Part shown: positions 1 to 13,427 of the stretch, piece after piece | Position numbering within the stretch: the first letter of the stretch is position 1 | How the letters are laid out: each line of letters opens with the position of its first letter | DNA from: Octopus sinensis | Lineage: Eukaryota | Assembly (NCBI RefSeq): GCF_006345805.1 | Contig: NC_043000.1 | Span: 154,752,001-154,816,000 of the forward strand | DNA: 64,000 bases | Reading direction: 5' to 3' | Made by a program: the position numbers and the translations under genes | Notes under the pieces: model-generated | The model's database searches: none | What the model saw: the letters and a program-made list of their open reading frames with translations, nothing else | What the model was told of the DNA's origin: nothing

Positions 1-439
1 CAGGCCAGTTGATAGGTTTCCACTCTGTGTCTATACAATTTCACTCACAAGGTTATCAACATAACAAGGTTATGGTATAAACTTTTGCCCAAGATGCTGT
101 ACAGTGGTATTGAAACTGGGACTTCAAGATTGTGAATAAAACTTCTTAACCACTCAGCCATGCCTGACATTCACACACATATATATGTACTGAGTTCTTG
201 AAAAGAAATTTAGGAAACATCCTTCAATGGAATCATACCAAACTTTGTCTCCAACCACACAGATACAATCAATACCCATTGCAAAAACATTACTGACATT
301 CCTAAACATAAACAGCTGTAGTTAGAACAACGAAAATCATTACAAGTGTGAGGTTTCACCATCATTGAGGTTTTCTTTTGGTGGGTGTGACATGGCAAAG
401 ATTTCATCTCAGAGACTAGTTCTCCTCTTTAGAGCTAGA

Positions 440-975
440 GGTGTAAAGCACTCATGGCAGGAACAGGTAAAAGCACCTATGTGGTGTCATATAAAAGTGC
501 CTGCACAGTGCCATATAAAAGTGCCTGTATAGCATCATGTAAAAACATCCATGTGGCGCCATGTAAAGGTACCCAGCATGCTCTGTAAAGTGGTTGGCAT
601 TAAGGCGGCGAGCTGGCAGAAACGTTAGCACACCGGGCGAAATGCTTAGCGGTATTTCGTCTGCCTTTACGTTGTTAGTTCAAATTCTGCCAAGGTCGAC
701 TTTGCCTTTCATCCTTTCGGGGTTGATAAATTAAGTAACAGTTACACACTGGGGTCGATGTAATCGACTTAATACCCATGTCTGTCCTTGTTTGTCCCCT
801 CTATGTTTAGCCCCTTGTGGGTAATAAAGAAATAGGTTGGCATTAGGAAGGGCATCCAGCCATAGAAACCATGCTAAATCAGACTGGTGTCTGGTGCCAG
901 CTCTGGTCACACCATCCAATCTATGCCAGCATAGACAATGAACATTAAGTGATGATGATGATGATGATGATGATA
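440..975 (+). mobile_element. SINE family D (TTAGGAAGGGCATCCAG core, (GAT)n tail), old copy interrupted by a family B SINE
   Basis: Core at 843-860 and (GAT)n tail at 950-973; same architecture as 24045-24447. Confidence 0.75.
604..834 (+). mobile_element. SINE family B (tRNA-like head GGCGGCGAGCTGGCAGAA)
   Basis: Near-identical to copies at 37551, 50839 and 51642; 11-bp TSD GGTTGGCATTA at 592-602 and 835-845. Confidence 0.9.
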
Positions 976-1466
976 TCTTTGAAGCTGAGGTTTCTTTACA
1001 ATTCTATCGAAGTTTCCCTGTTTCTCTGTTATTTTATTCTTTTACTAATTTTGGTCTGTGCCATGCTGGAGCACTGTCTCGAAGGACTCAATCAATTAAA
1101 CTGACCCAGTACTTATTCTGTTTTAATTCTGGTACTTATTCTTATATAAAAGCGCGTAACCCAGCAGTTTGGGTACTGGACTCATGATTGTAAAGTCATG
1201 GTTTCAAATATAAGACATAGTATTCTTGAGTGGTACATAGTATTCTTGAGCAAAACACTTTACTTCATGTTGCTCCAGTCCACTCAGGTAAAAAAACAAA
1301 AAACAAGCACCAGTAATAGCTGGTACATATTTTTAGTAGTCCTGCAATGAACTAGTGTACTGCTCATTGAGAAGCATTGTGCTCTTAGTTGCTTATACAC
1401 CACAAAGACTAGGAAGAGCACTGGCATAATGTGTCTACAGACTTCAGGTCAAAGATTTATTCAATT

Positions 1467-2424
1467 ATTTCGTTTTTGGATTTGGTTTGCAAGATTCTTT
1501 ATGTGAGTTCGTGTGTTGAAGCATATTCTGTTGTGTCTGGGGAGAGTCATTTTCTTTTTGTGCCTTATAATGTAACATACTCACCGGTAAAATTTTCACT
1601 TTTTTTTCGTTGCGTCTTGCAACCTTTTCAATGAGAATCAAAACTATTGAAAAGGTTGCAAGACGCAACGAAAATTTTAGGAAAATAAAGATTAGAAATA
1701 AGTGGAAATTTTACCAGTGAATGTGTTAAATCATAAGGCACAAAAAGAAAATGACTCTCCCCAGACACAACAAAATATTCTTCAACACACGAACTAAACA
1801 TAAAGAATCTTGCAAACCAAATCCAAAAATGAAATGTGTAAATCTATTGTGTCTGGGGAGAGTCATTTCTTTTTGTACCTTATAATGTAACACAATCACC
1901 GATAAAATTTCCACTTATTTCTTATTTTCATTTTCCTAAAATTTTCATTGCGTCTTGCAACCTTTTCAATGAGAATCAAAACTATTGAAAAGGTTGCAAG
2001 ACGCAACGAAAATTTTAGGAAAATAAAGATTAGAAATAAGTGGAAATTTTACCAGTGAATGTGTTAAATCATAAGGCACAAAAAGAAAATGACTCTCCCC
2101 AGACACAACAAAATATTCTTCAACACACGAACTAAGCATAAAGAATCTTGCAAACCAAATCCAAAAATGAAATGTGTAAATCTATTGTGTCTGGGGAGAG
2201 TCATTTCTTTTTGTACCTTATAATGTAACACAATCACCGATAAAATTTCCACTTATTTCTTATTTTTATTTTCCTAAAATTTTCATTGCGTCTTGCAACC
2301 TTTTCAATGAGAGTCAAGAAAATTTTAGGAAAATAAAAATAAGAAAAAAGTGGAAATTTTACCAGTGAGTATATTACATTATAAGGCACAAAAAGAAAAT
2401 GACTCTCTCCAGACACAACAGAAT
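1467..2424. repeat. Tandem array of foldback units, period 338 bp
   Basis: Arm 1467-1632 is the reverse complement of 1646-1835 with one gap; ORFs 1726-1914 and 2064-2252 are identical, giving the 338-bp period; third unit truncated. Confidence 0.9.
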
Positions 2425-2977
2425 TGATTCAATTGCTTATTTTTTTGTTGAATTGCTAAGTTACAAAGGTTGCCAAATGGCAAGTAAAAAACAAAAGACA
2501 GAATCACACATGTGCACACACTCACATATACACACACAAAAACACAAACATATGATGGGGTTCTACTCAATTTTAGTCTCCCAAATTTACAAACAAGGCA
2601 TTAATTGGTCTAGGGCTATGGATGAAAATACTTGCCTAAAGGTGCTATGCAGTGTGAGAGTAAACCTGAAACCACATGGATGAAAAGAGAACTTCTTAAC
2701 CACACAGGATTTGCACGAGAGCTAAATGGATATTTTCGTATACATGTATTTTATGTTGGTTTATTCTGTCCTACACATATTTAAGGCAAAGTCACACTTC
2801 TGAATATTCTGGTTTGTTGTTAAGTATTCAGTGAATACTTTGTGAAAATATGCTTCAGGTTAGTCTAGTTAGAATGTCCTGTGTTACACACAACACTTTA
2901 CGTCTCAGTCTCATATATATACACCTCAATCCTTGGATCTTACATTTATCTATCTATCTATCTATAGATAGATAGAT

Positions 2978-3015
<38 letters not shown>

Positions 3016-3669
3016 AGAGAAAGAGAAAGAGAGAGAGAGCTGTGTGCATGTATGTGTAGAAAGAGAAAAAGAGAAAGTGTGAGAGAGAGAGCTGTGTGCA
3101 TGTATGTGTGTATTTGTATATGTGTCTGAAAAAATGTGGATGCAATAAATATTTTATGGATAATCTAATGCTGGCTTAATATTATTATTATCCCTTCCCC
3201 GACATAAAAAGATAGCAAAAATAAATGAACAATGATAAATTCTCCTGGAAAAAGATTGATGATTGAATTTACTTTCTCTGCTCTTAAGTGTCATGTCAAT
3301 GGAATTTGATCCAACAACTGTATTGACACTAAAACACATACGCACATATGTAATTGTATTCATATCTTAATAGCTCTATCTCATTATATATGTAAATATA
3401 TTCAGCGCTATGAATTTAGATCATCTCCATTTCCATATTTATGTTTTACTTTGTCACTATCAAAATAGTCCAATTCTCTTCTCATTTTCAATGCAAATAT
3501 ATTAGCCTTGCGGCTTTTTGCAAGCTCTCCATTAGAAATTCAGCTCATAATTTTCAGTTTCTCCTTCTATGTTCTATTATTGTCAGATTTATCAGTTTTA
3601 AGTTTAACCTAGTGATATATCTGGTGTCTAAATATGGATATAACTCTCATGAATATATTGTTGATATTA

Positions 3670-4710
3670 TTAAAGGCTGTGAATTGGCAAAATTGTTAGA
3701 GCTGCACACAAATTGCTTGCAGTATTTAGTTATAGCCCTTAACACTATGTTCAACTATTAATGAGGTTAACTTTACTTCTTATTTTCCCAAATTCAATAA
3801 AACAAATACCAGTCATACACTCAGGTCTTCTGCAAAATTGCTGGCTTTGTGCTTAAATTGCTTGCAATGACTAGGATGGTTATTTAAAAGAATTACGAAA
3901 GCATAGGACAAAAATGCTTTCTAACTGTTGTTGTGGATCTTTACATGTTGTGTTCAAATCCTATCAAGGTCAACTTTTCCTTTCTTCTCCTTGGGTTTAA
4001 TAAAATAAAGTACCAGCCAAGTACCGGAGTCAATCTAATCAACTACCCTCTCCTCAAAAATTGCTGGCTTTGTATCTGAATTAGAAACGGTTGAGGACAG
4101 GGGACTGGAACACTTGTTACAGTATCAGAAAAATGTCTTGCAAGATTTGTTCCAACACTTCATGTTCTGAGTTCAAATCATACTGAGATCAACTTTGCTT
4201 TTCATCCCTCTGTGCTCTTCTTCCTTCTCCACCTCATCATCATCATTTAACATCTGTTTCCCATACTGGCACAGGTTGAACAGTTTGACAGGAGCTGGCA
4301 AGCTGGAGGGCTACACCAGACCCTCATTTTCCTGTTTTGGCATGGTTTCTATAACTGGATGCCCTTCCTAATGCCAACCACTTCACATAGTGTACTGGGT
4401 GCTTTTTATGTGGTGCTGACATGGGTGTCTTTCTACATGGCACTGGCATGGGTACTTTCTCACATTATGACATGATGTTGCCATGGGTGCTAGCTCACTA
4501 AACCCCTAACATTGCTTGTCTCTACATTAGAAACAGTTATCATTAGACTGGTAAAATCATAAGAGTGTCAGGCCAAGTGCTTTACAATATTTGTTCTGGG
4601 TCTTTCTGAGTTCGATGGCTATTGAAGTCAGTTTTGCCTTTCAGTGTTGATAGAATGAAGTCTCAGTCAAATATTAAACACTGGGGTTAATATAATTGCC
4701 TAACCCCTCC
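3670..4710 (+). repeat. Degenerate tandem family-B-like SINE remnants, with a family D fragment (-) at about 4235-4490
   Basis: Recurrent diverged GTTCAAAT...GGTCAACTTTGCCTTTCATCC...AAGTACCAG motif; CTGGATGCCCTTCCTAA at 4355-4371. Confidence 0.6.
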
Positions 4711-5260
4711 CTAGAGAAGGGTATGACCAACAATGGCTTGAGAGTGAATGTGGATGTTGATGGTAATAGTTTAAGCAGTATGACCTGAAGGACTTTCACG
4801 TCAAGGATGAGGTCACATTTCCAATAGTCTCCAGCCTGGCAATTCTATAGAACGCACTCGATAGATATGGCTATATCAGAGATGCAAGCAACTGTACTTG
4901 TCTTAGATGCATACAGTATGATGACAGAATCTGGGATTCATTGCTAATTTGTGAATTTATGTCCCTCACATAATTACAGTTATTATGTGTAGTGTAATCC
5001 AGCTCTCAGCCAAGTCAATCTGAAAGATCAGATTACTAACTTCCTTTGACAAGGAAGAATGGGTAGCCTTCCTCTGTTTAGAGGGCTGTGTTGAAGAAAG
5101 TTTAAGAAAGATGTGGTTGAAAGGTTTGAAGACAAGATTTTTGATTTGAGGGGAAACCCTCATCAACTTCGTGTACCACATGAATAAGAATACAAGGGTA
5201 GAGAAGAAGGTACTTCCCTCCATTAAGTTTTATGAAAGTTGGTAAAAATAGCACAGCTAA
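4711..5260 (-). mobile_element. Highly degenerate L2/Daphne-like LINE ORF2 3' remnant
   Basis: Frameshifted minus-strand peptides weakly resemble the QRKA...SHRR.VA.L..FYRY C-terminus of these LINEs. Confidence 0.35.
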
Positions 5261-5910
5261 ATGGGCCTGCTTTAACTAGGGAGCTTTTAGGTTGGTGGTA
5301 AGAACTGGAAGAAGGCACATGTCTTAAGTGTGCCCCAACAATCTGAGCTTGTGCATGAGGTGTCCTAAATCAATTACGCTGTCTTCCATTCCCATTTGCT
5401 AGGTCCTTTCTTTTTATTTTATTACACATTACCATTATTGTTATTCAGTATTATTTATTTTTTAATGTGCCTTTATTGTTATTGCTGATCTATCCTTTTC
5501 ACTTGAAGTAAATAAATCTCTCACTATTCTTTGTATTTGGTTTGACCTCGTTTTTTGCTTTTGTTCTGATCCTTACATAACAAGCCCTTGTGGTCTATAA
5601 AAGGGTTCACTATAATATGACAATTACTGTTATTATGATTATAACAACAGTACTATAAATATTATGATTACTAATATATAAGTTAGTGCTGGTGTCATGA
5701 TAAAATGTATCCAATACATTTTGAAAATTTGTTGGTAATAGGGAGGGCGTTCAGCTGTGGAAATCAAATCAGAAGCGATATGTAAGAGTTAGATGCAATC
5801 CTTTGACTTCTGTGGATGATTAGTAACTTTGAATAAGAAAACTTGGGCTGTGATGATCCATCCAGCCTACATCAGCATGGAAAGCAGATGTTAATTGATG
5901 GCAATAACAA

Positions 5911-6415
5911 TTACCATTAATTATTTAATTGGATTTACAATTTTAGATATCATCATCATTATATAAAATCTATTTTTCTACACAGGTATTGGTTCGATGA
6001 CTTTCACAGTGTCCCACCATCTGTTGCTTCCCTTTATCTGGCACACACAGCAACAGAAAAAAATTATCAATCTTTGCTATTGTATTGCCATATTTGTTTT
6101 GGGGACAGTTTTTTATGGTTGGATGCCCTTCCTATTATACAAGACTAGAAAAGGGTATGACCAACAATGGCTTGAGAGTGAATGTGGATGGTAATAGTTT
6201 AAGCAGTATGACCTGAAGGACTTTCACATCAAAGATGAGGTAACATTTCCAATAGCCTGGCAATTCTATAGAACGCACTTGAAAGATATGGCTATATCAG
6301 AGATGCAAGCAACTTTACTTGTCTTAGATGCGCACAGTATGATGACAGAATCTGGGATTCATTGCTAATTTGTGGATGCCCTTCCTATTATAAACAACAT
6401 GAGAGCATAAATTAA
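5911..6415 (+). repeat. Local duplicate 1 (paralog of 8977-9670) carrying a templated insertion
   Basis: 5911-6139 plus 6393-6415 align to 8977-9017 plus 9456-9670. Confidence 0.9.
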
Positions 6416-6917
6416 GAGAATATGTGAGAGTTCAAACAGTGAATTATTACTTATTCTGTTAGAAACCTTGATTTAGAGTGGGGTTATATTTTGCTATTAT
6501 TATCATTGAGGGTGAGTGGCCCTGCTATTTAATTATTCGTTTTTTTATCTATTAATTTTTATTAGCCCTTGCAATACCAGTAAGTTTTCCTCCCCCTCAT
6601 TTCCCATCCCTAATCATCTCATATTCTTTTTACAGTCTTGTGAACTAACCTATCCATCCACTCTTTTTGTTTTTCTGTCCCTATTCTCTCTCACCTTATA
6701 CCTTGTGGTTATACCTTCACCATCTATCCTCTTAGTAGCCAAGGAACCCATGTATTCCCCTCGTCAGCAAGACACCTATTTATATCTGTCTACCATACTT
6801 TCACCACCTTTAATACTATACCCCACTCAGCTGGGGGGGGGGGGCAGAATCTTGTTTAGTGACCTCACCAGTAACAGTGCCATGAAAACAAGCAAACAGT
6901 ACATTCTATAAAGTGTG

Positions 6918-7228
6918 TGGAGGCACATGGCCTAGTGGTTAAAGCAGCGGACTTGCAGTCGAGGGATCGTGGGTTCGGATCTCAGACCGGGTGGTGTGTG
7001 TGTTTATGAGCAAAACACCTAAGCTCCACACAGCTCCGGCAGAAGGTAATGGCGAACTTCTGCTGACTCTTTCGCCACAACTTTTTCTTACTCTTTCCTT
7101 CTGCATCTTGCAGCTCACCGGCGACGGACCGGCGTCCTGTCCAGGTGGGGAACCTATACACCAAGGAAACTGGGAAATTGGCCCTTATGAGCCAGGCATG
7201 GCTGGAGAAGGAACAAACAAAACAAAAA
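6918..7228 (+). mobile_element. SINE family C (tRNA-Arg-like head), tail type GAAGGAACAAAC
   Basis: A/B-box head; 15-bp TSD ACATTCTATAAAGTG at 6901-6915 and 7229-7243; nested in an old family D copy. Confidence 0.9.
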
Positions 7229-7559
7229 ACATTCTATAAAGTGATTGACATTAGGAAGAGCAACCACCTGTAGAAACCATGAGAAAGCAGACGCTACAGC
7301 TTGGTGCAGCTTTCTGGTTCATTGGTCCCTGTTGAACCACCCAACCTATGACAGTCCAGAAAAAGGAACATTAAACAATTAGGATGACAAAGTAACTTAT
7401 TAGTTCAGCACCACAGGTATACTACTATAAACTGCATGTGCATCTTGCATGTCAGTGAGTGTTTAAGTTTTACATATAGTCTTCATTATAACTATATAAT
7501 CTAATTTGTTGCAGATGTAGTGGCATTGATGGTGCTTGTGGTGGTAGTTAATGGGAGTT

Positions 7560-8333
7560 GTTGATGTTGAACTTAAGTTCAGCTCTGATCAAGTAGGCTT
7601 AGGATCCAGAGTATACCAACAATAGCCAGCCCATCTTTATTAAGTCACAGTGTATCAAGAACTATACTGTTTTATGTGTGCATCCTATTTTTAAAGATAT
7701 CATGGTATGATTTGAGGGAGATTTTACTGCTATTTCTCGCAGTTCAAGTGATTGCATCGAAATTCCCTCATTGCTTGATAATTTCACAGTTGCATTTTGA
7801 TTTTGTTTAACACCTGGTTATCTTGGACTGAGCAAACCAATAATCAAAGACGTTTTATCTGTGACCATCCTGTCTTTACTCTACACTCAGTGAATCAAAG
7901 CCACATTATCTAATGTATCCTTCCTTACTAAACTGGTTGAGTGGGATTTACAGGAGGTTTGGCTGCTCTTTTTGTGATTACATAAAGGCTCCCTTGTAGA
8001 CTGATCTAATGTAACCTTTATTTATAATTATTGAGTGTGATTTCAAGAATATTTGACTGCCATTCTTAGCAGATCAAGCAATCACATAGTGACTCTTTGT
8101 TAGCTTATCAATACTCTCTTTTTACTCTTTTACTCTTTTACTTGTTTCAGTCATTTGACTGCGGCCATGCTGGAGCACCGCCTTTAGTTGATCAAATCGA
8201 CCCCGGGACTTATTCTTTGTAAGCCCAGTACTTATTCTATCGGTCTCTTTTGCCGAACCGCTAAGTGACGGGGACGTAAACACACCAGCATCGGTTGTCA
8301 AGCAATGCTAGAGGGACAAACACAGACACACAA

Positions 8334-8378
<45 letters not shown>

Positions 8379-8660
8379 CATATATATATATATACATACA
8401 TACGACAGGCTTCTTTCAGTTTCTGTCTACCAAATCCACCACAAGGCATTGGTCGGCCTGGGGCTATAGCAGAAGACACTTGCCCAAGATGCCATGCAGT
8501 GGGACTGAACCCGGAACCATGTGGTTGGTTAGCAAGCTAGTTACCACACAGCCACTCCTGCGCCAATGTTTCTTTTATTTCAGAAAGTGGGATGTAATTT
8601 GAAGTGGTTGCTGTATGTAGCAAGTTGTGCAACCACATAGGGACCCCCACCTCTCATTAT
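7560..8660 (+). repeat. Tandem cluster of old dispersed repeat family E (GTGTGATTTGAGGGAGATTTGGCTGCTATTTCTAGCAG-like)
   Basis: Three to four diverged units; further copies near 12050-12660, 17762-17960, 18380-18590 and 48140-48280. Confidence 0.65.
8112..8564 (-). mobile_element. SINE family A, full length (head GGCGCAGGAGTGGCTGTGTGG, internal TA/TG tract, (AAAGAGT)n tail)
   Basis: High identity to about 10 other copies in the window. Confidence 0.92.
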
Positions 8661-8976
8661 GATAACAGAAAATCTATGTAAAAATCTTTCAGTGGTATGT
8701 GTCATTGTTGAATATGATGGATGAGGTCAATATATCTTGTTTATATATTACTGTTTCTTGGCTGGAAGTCAAGTAAGTGTAACATATGGCTTCACCTAAT
8801 TCTTCATTTTGCTCTTCTTCACTTACAGCTCCTCATAAATAATATATGAGTTTATTAGAGTTAGGATTAAAGTAGACTTCTAAGTACCAATTTACAGTGA
8901 CAATTTGTTTGTGATATCTCCATCACATGTCAGACTTCTTTTTGCAAGAGTCATTCATATCTCGATGCTTCATTCT

Positions 8977-9226
8977 TTACCATTAATTGTTTCACTGGAT
9001 TTACAATTTTAGACATACTCTACTCCCTTTTACCCTTTTTACTTGTTTCAGTCATTTGACTGCGGCCATGCTGGAGCACCGCCTTTAATCGAGCAACTCG
9101 ACCCCGGGACTTATTCTTTGTAAGCCTAGTACTTATTTTATCGGTCTCTTTTGCCGAACCGCTAGGTGACGGGGATGTAAACACACCAGCATCGGTTATC
9201 AAGCAATGCTAGGGGGACAAACACAG

Positions 9227-9295
<69 letters not shown>

Positions 9296-9670
9296 TACGA
9301 CGGTCTTCTTTCAGTTTCCGTCTACCAAATCCACTCACAAGGCTTTGGTCGGCCCGGGGCTATAGCAGAAGACACTTGCCCAAGATGCCACGCAGTGGGA
9401 CTGAACCCAGAACCATGTGGTTGGTTAGCAAGCTACTTACAACACAGCCACTCCTACATCATCATCATTATACAAAAATCTATTTTTCTACACGGGTATA
9501 AGTTCGATGCCCTTCACAGTGTCCCACCATCTGTTGCTTCCCTTTATCTGGCACACACAGCAACAGAAAAAAATGATCAGTCTTTGCTATTGTATTGCCA
9601 TATTTGTTTTGGAGACAGTTTTTATGGTTGGATGCCCTTCCTATTACAAACAACATGAGAGCATAAATTA
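8977..9670 (+). repeat. Local duplicate 2 (paralog of 5911-6415) interrupted by a SINE A
   Basis: Direct alignment to duplicate 1; lacks the 6140-6372 insert. Confidence 0.9.
9018..9455 (-). mobile_element. SINE family A
   Basis: Family consensus match; absent from the paralogous site near 5950. Confidence 0.92.
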
Positions 9671-10205
9671 GGAACATGCTGACACAACTAAAAAGTCAGC
9701 ATGTGACAGGATGAAGCAGTCTCCACCTCTGCTTTATATCAGTATATAATTCAGAGTCTCTGTTTTCCAGGATGTTTTGCCTGTGCTATGGAACATCTTT
9801 CTTTTAATTTCTTAAAAGTTGTTTGGGACAAAAAACTGGTAAGATCTTCTTTGTAGAGGATCTTCAGCTTCTCTTTTGGTAGTCATGGATGATGCCAAAA
9901 AACATATTGGAAGAGAAAGACTAAACTTCACAATACCTACAATAGACTCAGATCACTATGAAGCTCAAAGTAATTTAAATAACAATACTATGTCAGCATT
10001 AGATCATTAAATTTTAGTACAAATTAGTTTGAAATAACTTAAACATCAATTGAAACTAGGTAACAGATGTGGTTCAGTGGAAGCTACCCACTCTAGTGTT
10101 CTTTGAATATGTATCATGTTACATAAAAAAATGATTAGGATGTTTATTTTCAAACAAGCTCTGAAGTGATTGGAAAAGCTTTACTCCACCCTATATAATG
10201 ATACG

Positions 10206-10510
10206 TGGAGGCGCAATGGCCTAGTGGTTAGGGCAACGGACTCGCGGTCGCAGGATCGTGGTTTCGATTCCAGACCGAGCGTTGTGAGAGTTTATTGAGT
10301 GAAAACACCTAAAAGCTCCACGAGGCTCCGGCAGGGGGTGGTGATCCCTGCTGTACTCTTTCACCACTCTTTCTCCCACTCTTTCTTCTGTTGGCCTGCT
10401 CACTTAGCCAGCGGGGTGGCGTCATTCGAAGGCTAAAACAATGCGAACGCATTGTGACCAGCGATGTGTAACAACATCTGATGGTCTGGTCGGTCACGTG
10501 ATCACGTGAT
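10206..10510 (+). mobile_element. SINE family C, tail type (CACGTGAT)n
   Basis: Head with GGACTCGCGGTC (TCG anticodon-like); 12-bp TSD ATATAATGATAC at 10193-10204 and 10509-10520. Confidence 0.9.
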
Positions 10511-11303
10511 ATAATGATACACATGCTCATTGCATGTAAAATTGTTGTGAGTGTGTATTTTAAGGAGCACAACTAAGAAAAGAAAATTTTGCCTTTAGGC
10601 AACTTTTCTGAATGATCAAAGACATTTGAAAAACACTAATGAGAAACATAATCCAAGAAATGAAGTAAGATTGACTGTATGTGTGTATGTGTGTGTGTAG
10701 TTGATGTGGTATCAAAAGTGGGGGCTGTACTTGGTAAAAAGAAATTAAGCTGTAGATAATATAAGACAGTTAACTTCACTTACCTGTCCAGTGCATCATT
10801 TAGAGTATATAAGAGAAACCTGACAGGTTCTAAGCGCTTTAGATGTGTAACTAGAATCATTGATTTTTAGAAGTAGTAACTGAAACCATAACACTGTTAG
10901 AGGATGACTCTTATATGAAAGTTTCAAAGAACAATCTTCAAAATTATGGAAAAAAGAAAAATAGATGAAAAAAATCTTAAAAGCAAAATAATCAAAAAGC
11001 GAAATATATAAGTTTGAGAAGGTGTAAATACCCTGTCACCAAAGCCTCCAATAAGGGTAAATTAAAAAAAAAAAAAAAATTTATCTAGAAAGATGTGTTG
11101 TGAGGTAAAGAAATAGCTAAAGGTTTCTTTGGGATTTTCCATTCTGTGACATTATTTCTTCTTGTACACCAGTAAACTTTGTATTTTGATTAATTTTTTA
11201 TTAATCAAAATTTAATTTTTTATTGATTAAATAATTCATATTACAGTAGAAAAAAATAAAGCCAAAATAATATTGGGACTTCTTTTTTGATTGTTGTTAA
11301 TTT

Positions 11304-11447
11304 CATTAATTAACTAATTTCTTTTTTAAAGCCATTCATTAAATATGTCTAGCTTTTAACAAGATCTTGTGTTGTGCATTAATTAACTAATTTCTTTTTA
11401 AAGTCCTTCATTAAATATGCTTGCTTTTAAAAAGATCTTATTTTGTC
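11304..11447 (+). repeat. About 73-bp tandem duplication
   Basis: CATTAATTAACTAATTTCTTTTT...AAGATCTT occurs twice. Confidence 0.85.
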
Positions 11448-12177
11448 TTGTACATCTTTTTTTGGTGTACAATTTATCTGTCTTTTCATCATAGTCTACC
11501 ACAAAACTACATAGTATAACATTAGAGAATATACAGAAGCATTCTAATTTACATAATGCAGTTTGTTACATTATTTAACCCTTCGAACTCAAAGTCTGTT
11601 GATGCTTCTATGTCAAGATACATTTTTGCAAGATACAAAAACAGTAAAGAAAATTCTACTAAATATCTAAATCTCAATAGAAAAAGTTAAGTATGTATGT
11701 ATACACACACACACTTAAGTAAGAAGACAGAGCCTTTTTTCCTATTTTTATAATAAAAATGCCATGCTGATAGATTAGTTCAGTGATTTTCTCATGGCTT
11801 ATAAATGCAATATTATAAAGGTATTGCTTGAACTAAAAACTAAATTAGAAATTAATTTTTCTTCACTTAACAGTAATGCAATTGTATACTACACTTGTAC
11901 CTACCTATGGCACCATTTAGCAGCTGTATGAACAAAGCTAATGAGAGATAATTGACTCAATCAAAAACAACACAGCACCAATAAATAGAGTATGAGGCCT
12001 CCAAATCACTGGTGAAATAGCAATTATCAAATATGGCAGCAAGCTGTTAAGCTACAGATCAGCTTTGTTGGAGTAGATCTATTATCACAAGTGTTACAAC
12101 CATGATCATCCTGTTGTAATTTTTTCAGACAAAATGTCTCATGATCTCCATCAACTAATGGATACATATTTATTTTT

Positions 12178-12318
12178 AAGGTAGCTTGCTTACCAACCAC
12201 ATGGTTCTGGGTTCAGTCCCACTGTGTGGCACCTTGGGCAAGTGTTTTTTACTATAGCCTCAGGCCGACCAAAGCCTTGTGAGTGGATTTGGTAGACGGA
12301 CACAGAAAGAAGCCCGTC

Positions 12319-12360
<42 letters not shown>

Positions 12361-12586
12361 GTATGTATGTATGTATGTGTGTATATGTTTGTGTGACTGT
12401 GTTTGTCTCCCCAACATTGCTTGACAACCGATGCTGGTGTGTTTACATCCCCGTAACTTAGTGGAGACCGATAGAATAAGTATTAGGCTTACAAAGAATA
12501 AGTCCTGGGGTCGATTTGCTTGACTAAAGGCGGTGCTCCAGCATGGTCGCAGTCAAATGACTGAAACAAATAAAAGAGTAAAGAGT
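12178..12586 (+). mobile_element. SINE family A, slightly 5'-truncated
   Basis: Family consensus match. Confidence 0.9.
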
Positions 12587-13220
12587 GTGATCTGAGTGAG
12601 ATTTGGTAGCCATTTCTAGGAACATGAGCAAGCATGTAATAGTGCTTTTACTGGTTCATGTCACTAAAAATGTAGGTATTAAGGACTCCATTCCAACAAG
12701 CTGTTAAGCATCAGAACTACATAAAGGTGACCCAAAAACACTTTCCTGTCATTGAATTGTTCTGGTATGCATGAATGTTTTTAATTGAGATCAATGGATT
12801 ATCAATTACACTGTCACAAACAAAACATATACCTCTATTGACTGGCATAGAAAGATAAATAGATAAGGTAAACTTGAAATGTTTACATATAGAATACAAA
12901 TATATAAACAACATGTAGAATTATCTATTATTCAGAGACAAAAAAACCTAAAAGCAGAGAAGGGGAAATAGACAGAATGAGAGAAACGATGAGAGAGTGA
13001 GAGAGAGAGAGAGAGAGAGAGGGAAAGAGAGAGAGAGAGAGAGAGAGGGGGGGGAGCTGAGAAGGTGTAGCATACATGCCTTTTCCAAGAGAATTAAAAC
13101 AGCACATTAAACAAACATGAAAATAGATTCTTCAGATAAGAATTTATCACTAACAGGAAATCTACAGGATACACATATGTTATAACTACACTCGAAATAA
13201 TGATGTTTATAAAGCTGTTG

Positions 13221-13266
<46 letters not shown>

Positions 13267-13427
13267 AAATATTAGGGAATAAATCCAAAACTTACAGGGA
13301 AAAATCAGATTTAGGATTAAATCCAATTTTATAGTATAAATATATTATATTATATTAAATTAGAGATAAAACCACTATTAGGCAAATCAAACAATGAAAA
13401 ACATAAGCCAATACATAAAATTAATTA

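Noticed and set aside
6735-6775. Minus-strand CUGACGA followed by a GGGGAA/UUCCUU stem
   Set aside because: No GAAA and no stem I/III; cannot be called a hammerhead
9206-9658. Recurrent ORFs containing DTCPRCHAVGLNPEPCGW (apparent CxxCH heme motif)
   Set aside because: Antisense translation of the SINE A head; same peptide in every copy
10206-10280. tRNA-Arg-like sequence (also the other SINE heads)
   Set aside because: Continuous with a SINE body and TSD; not a stand-alone tRNA gene
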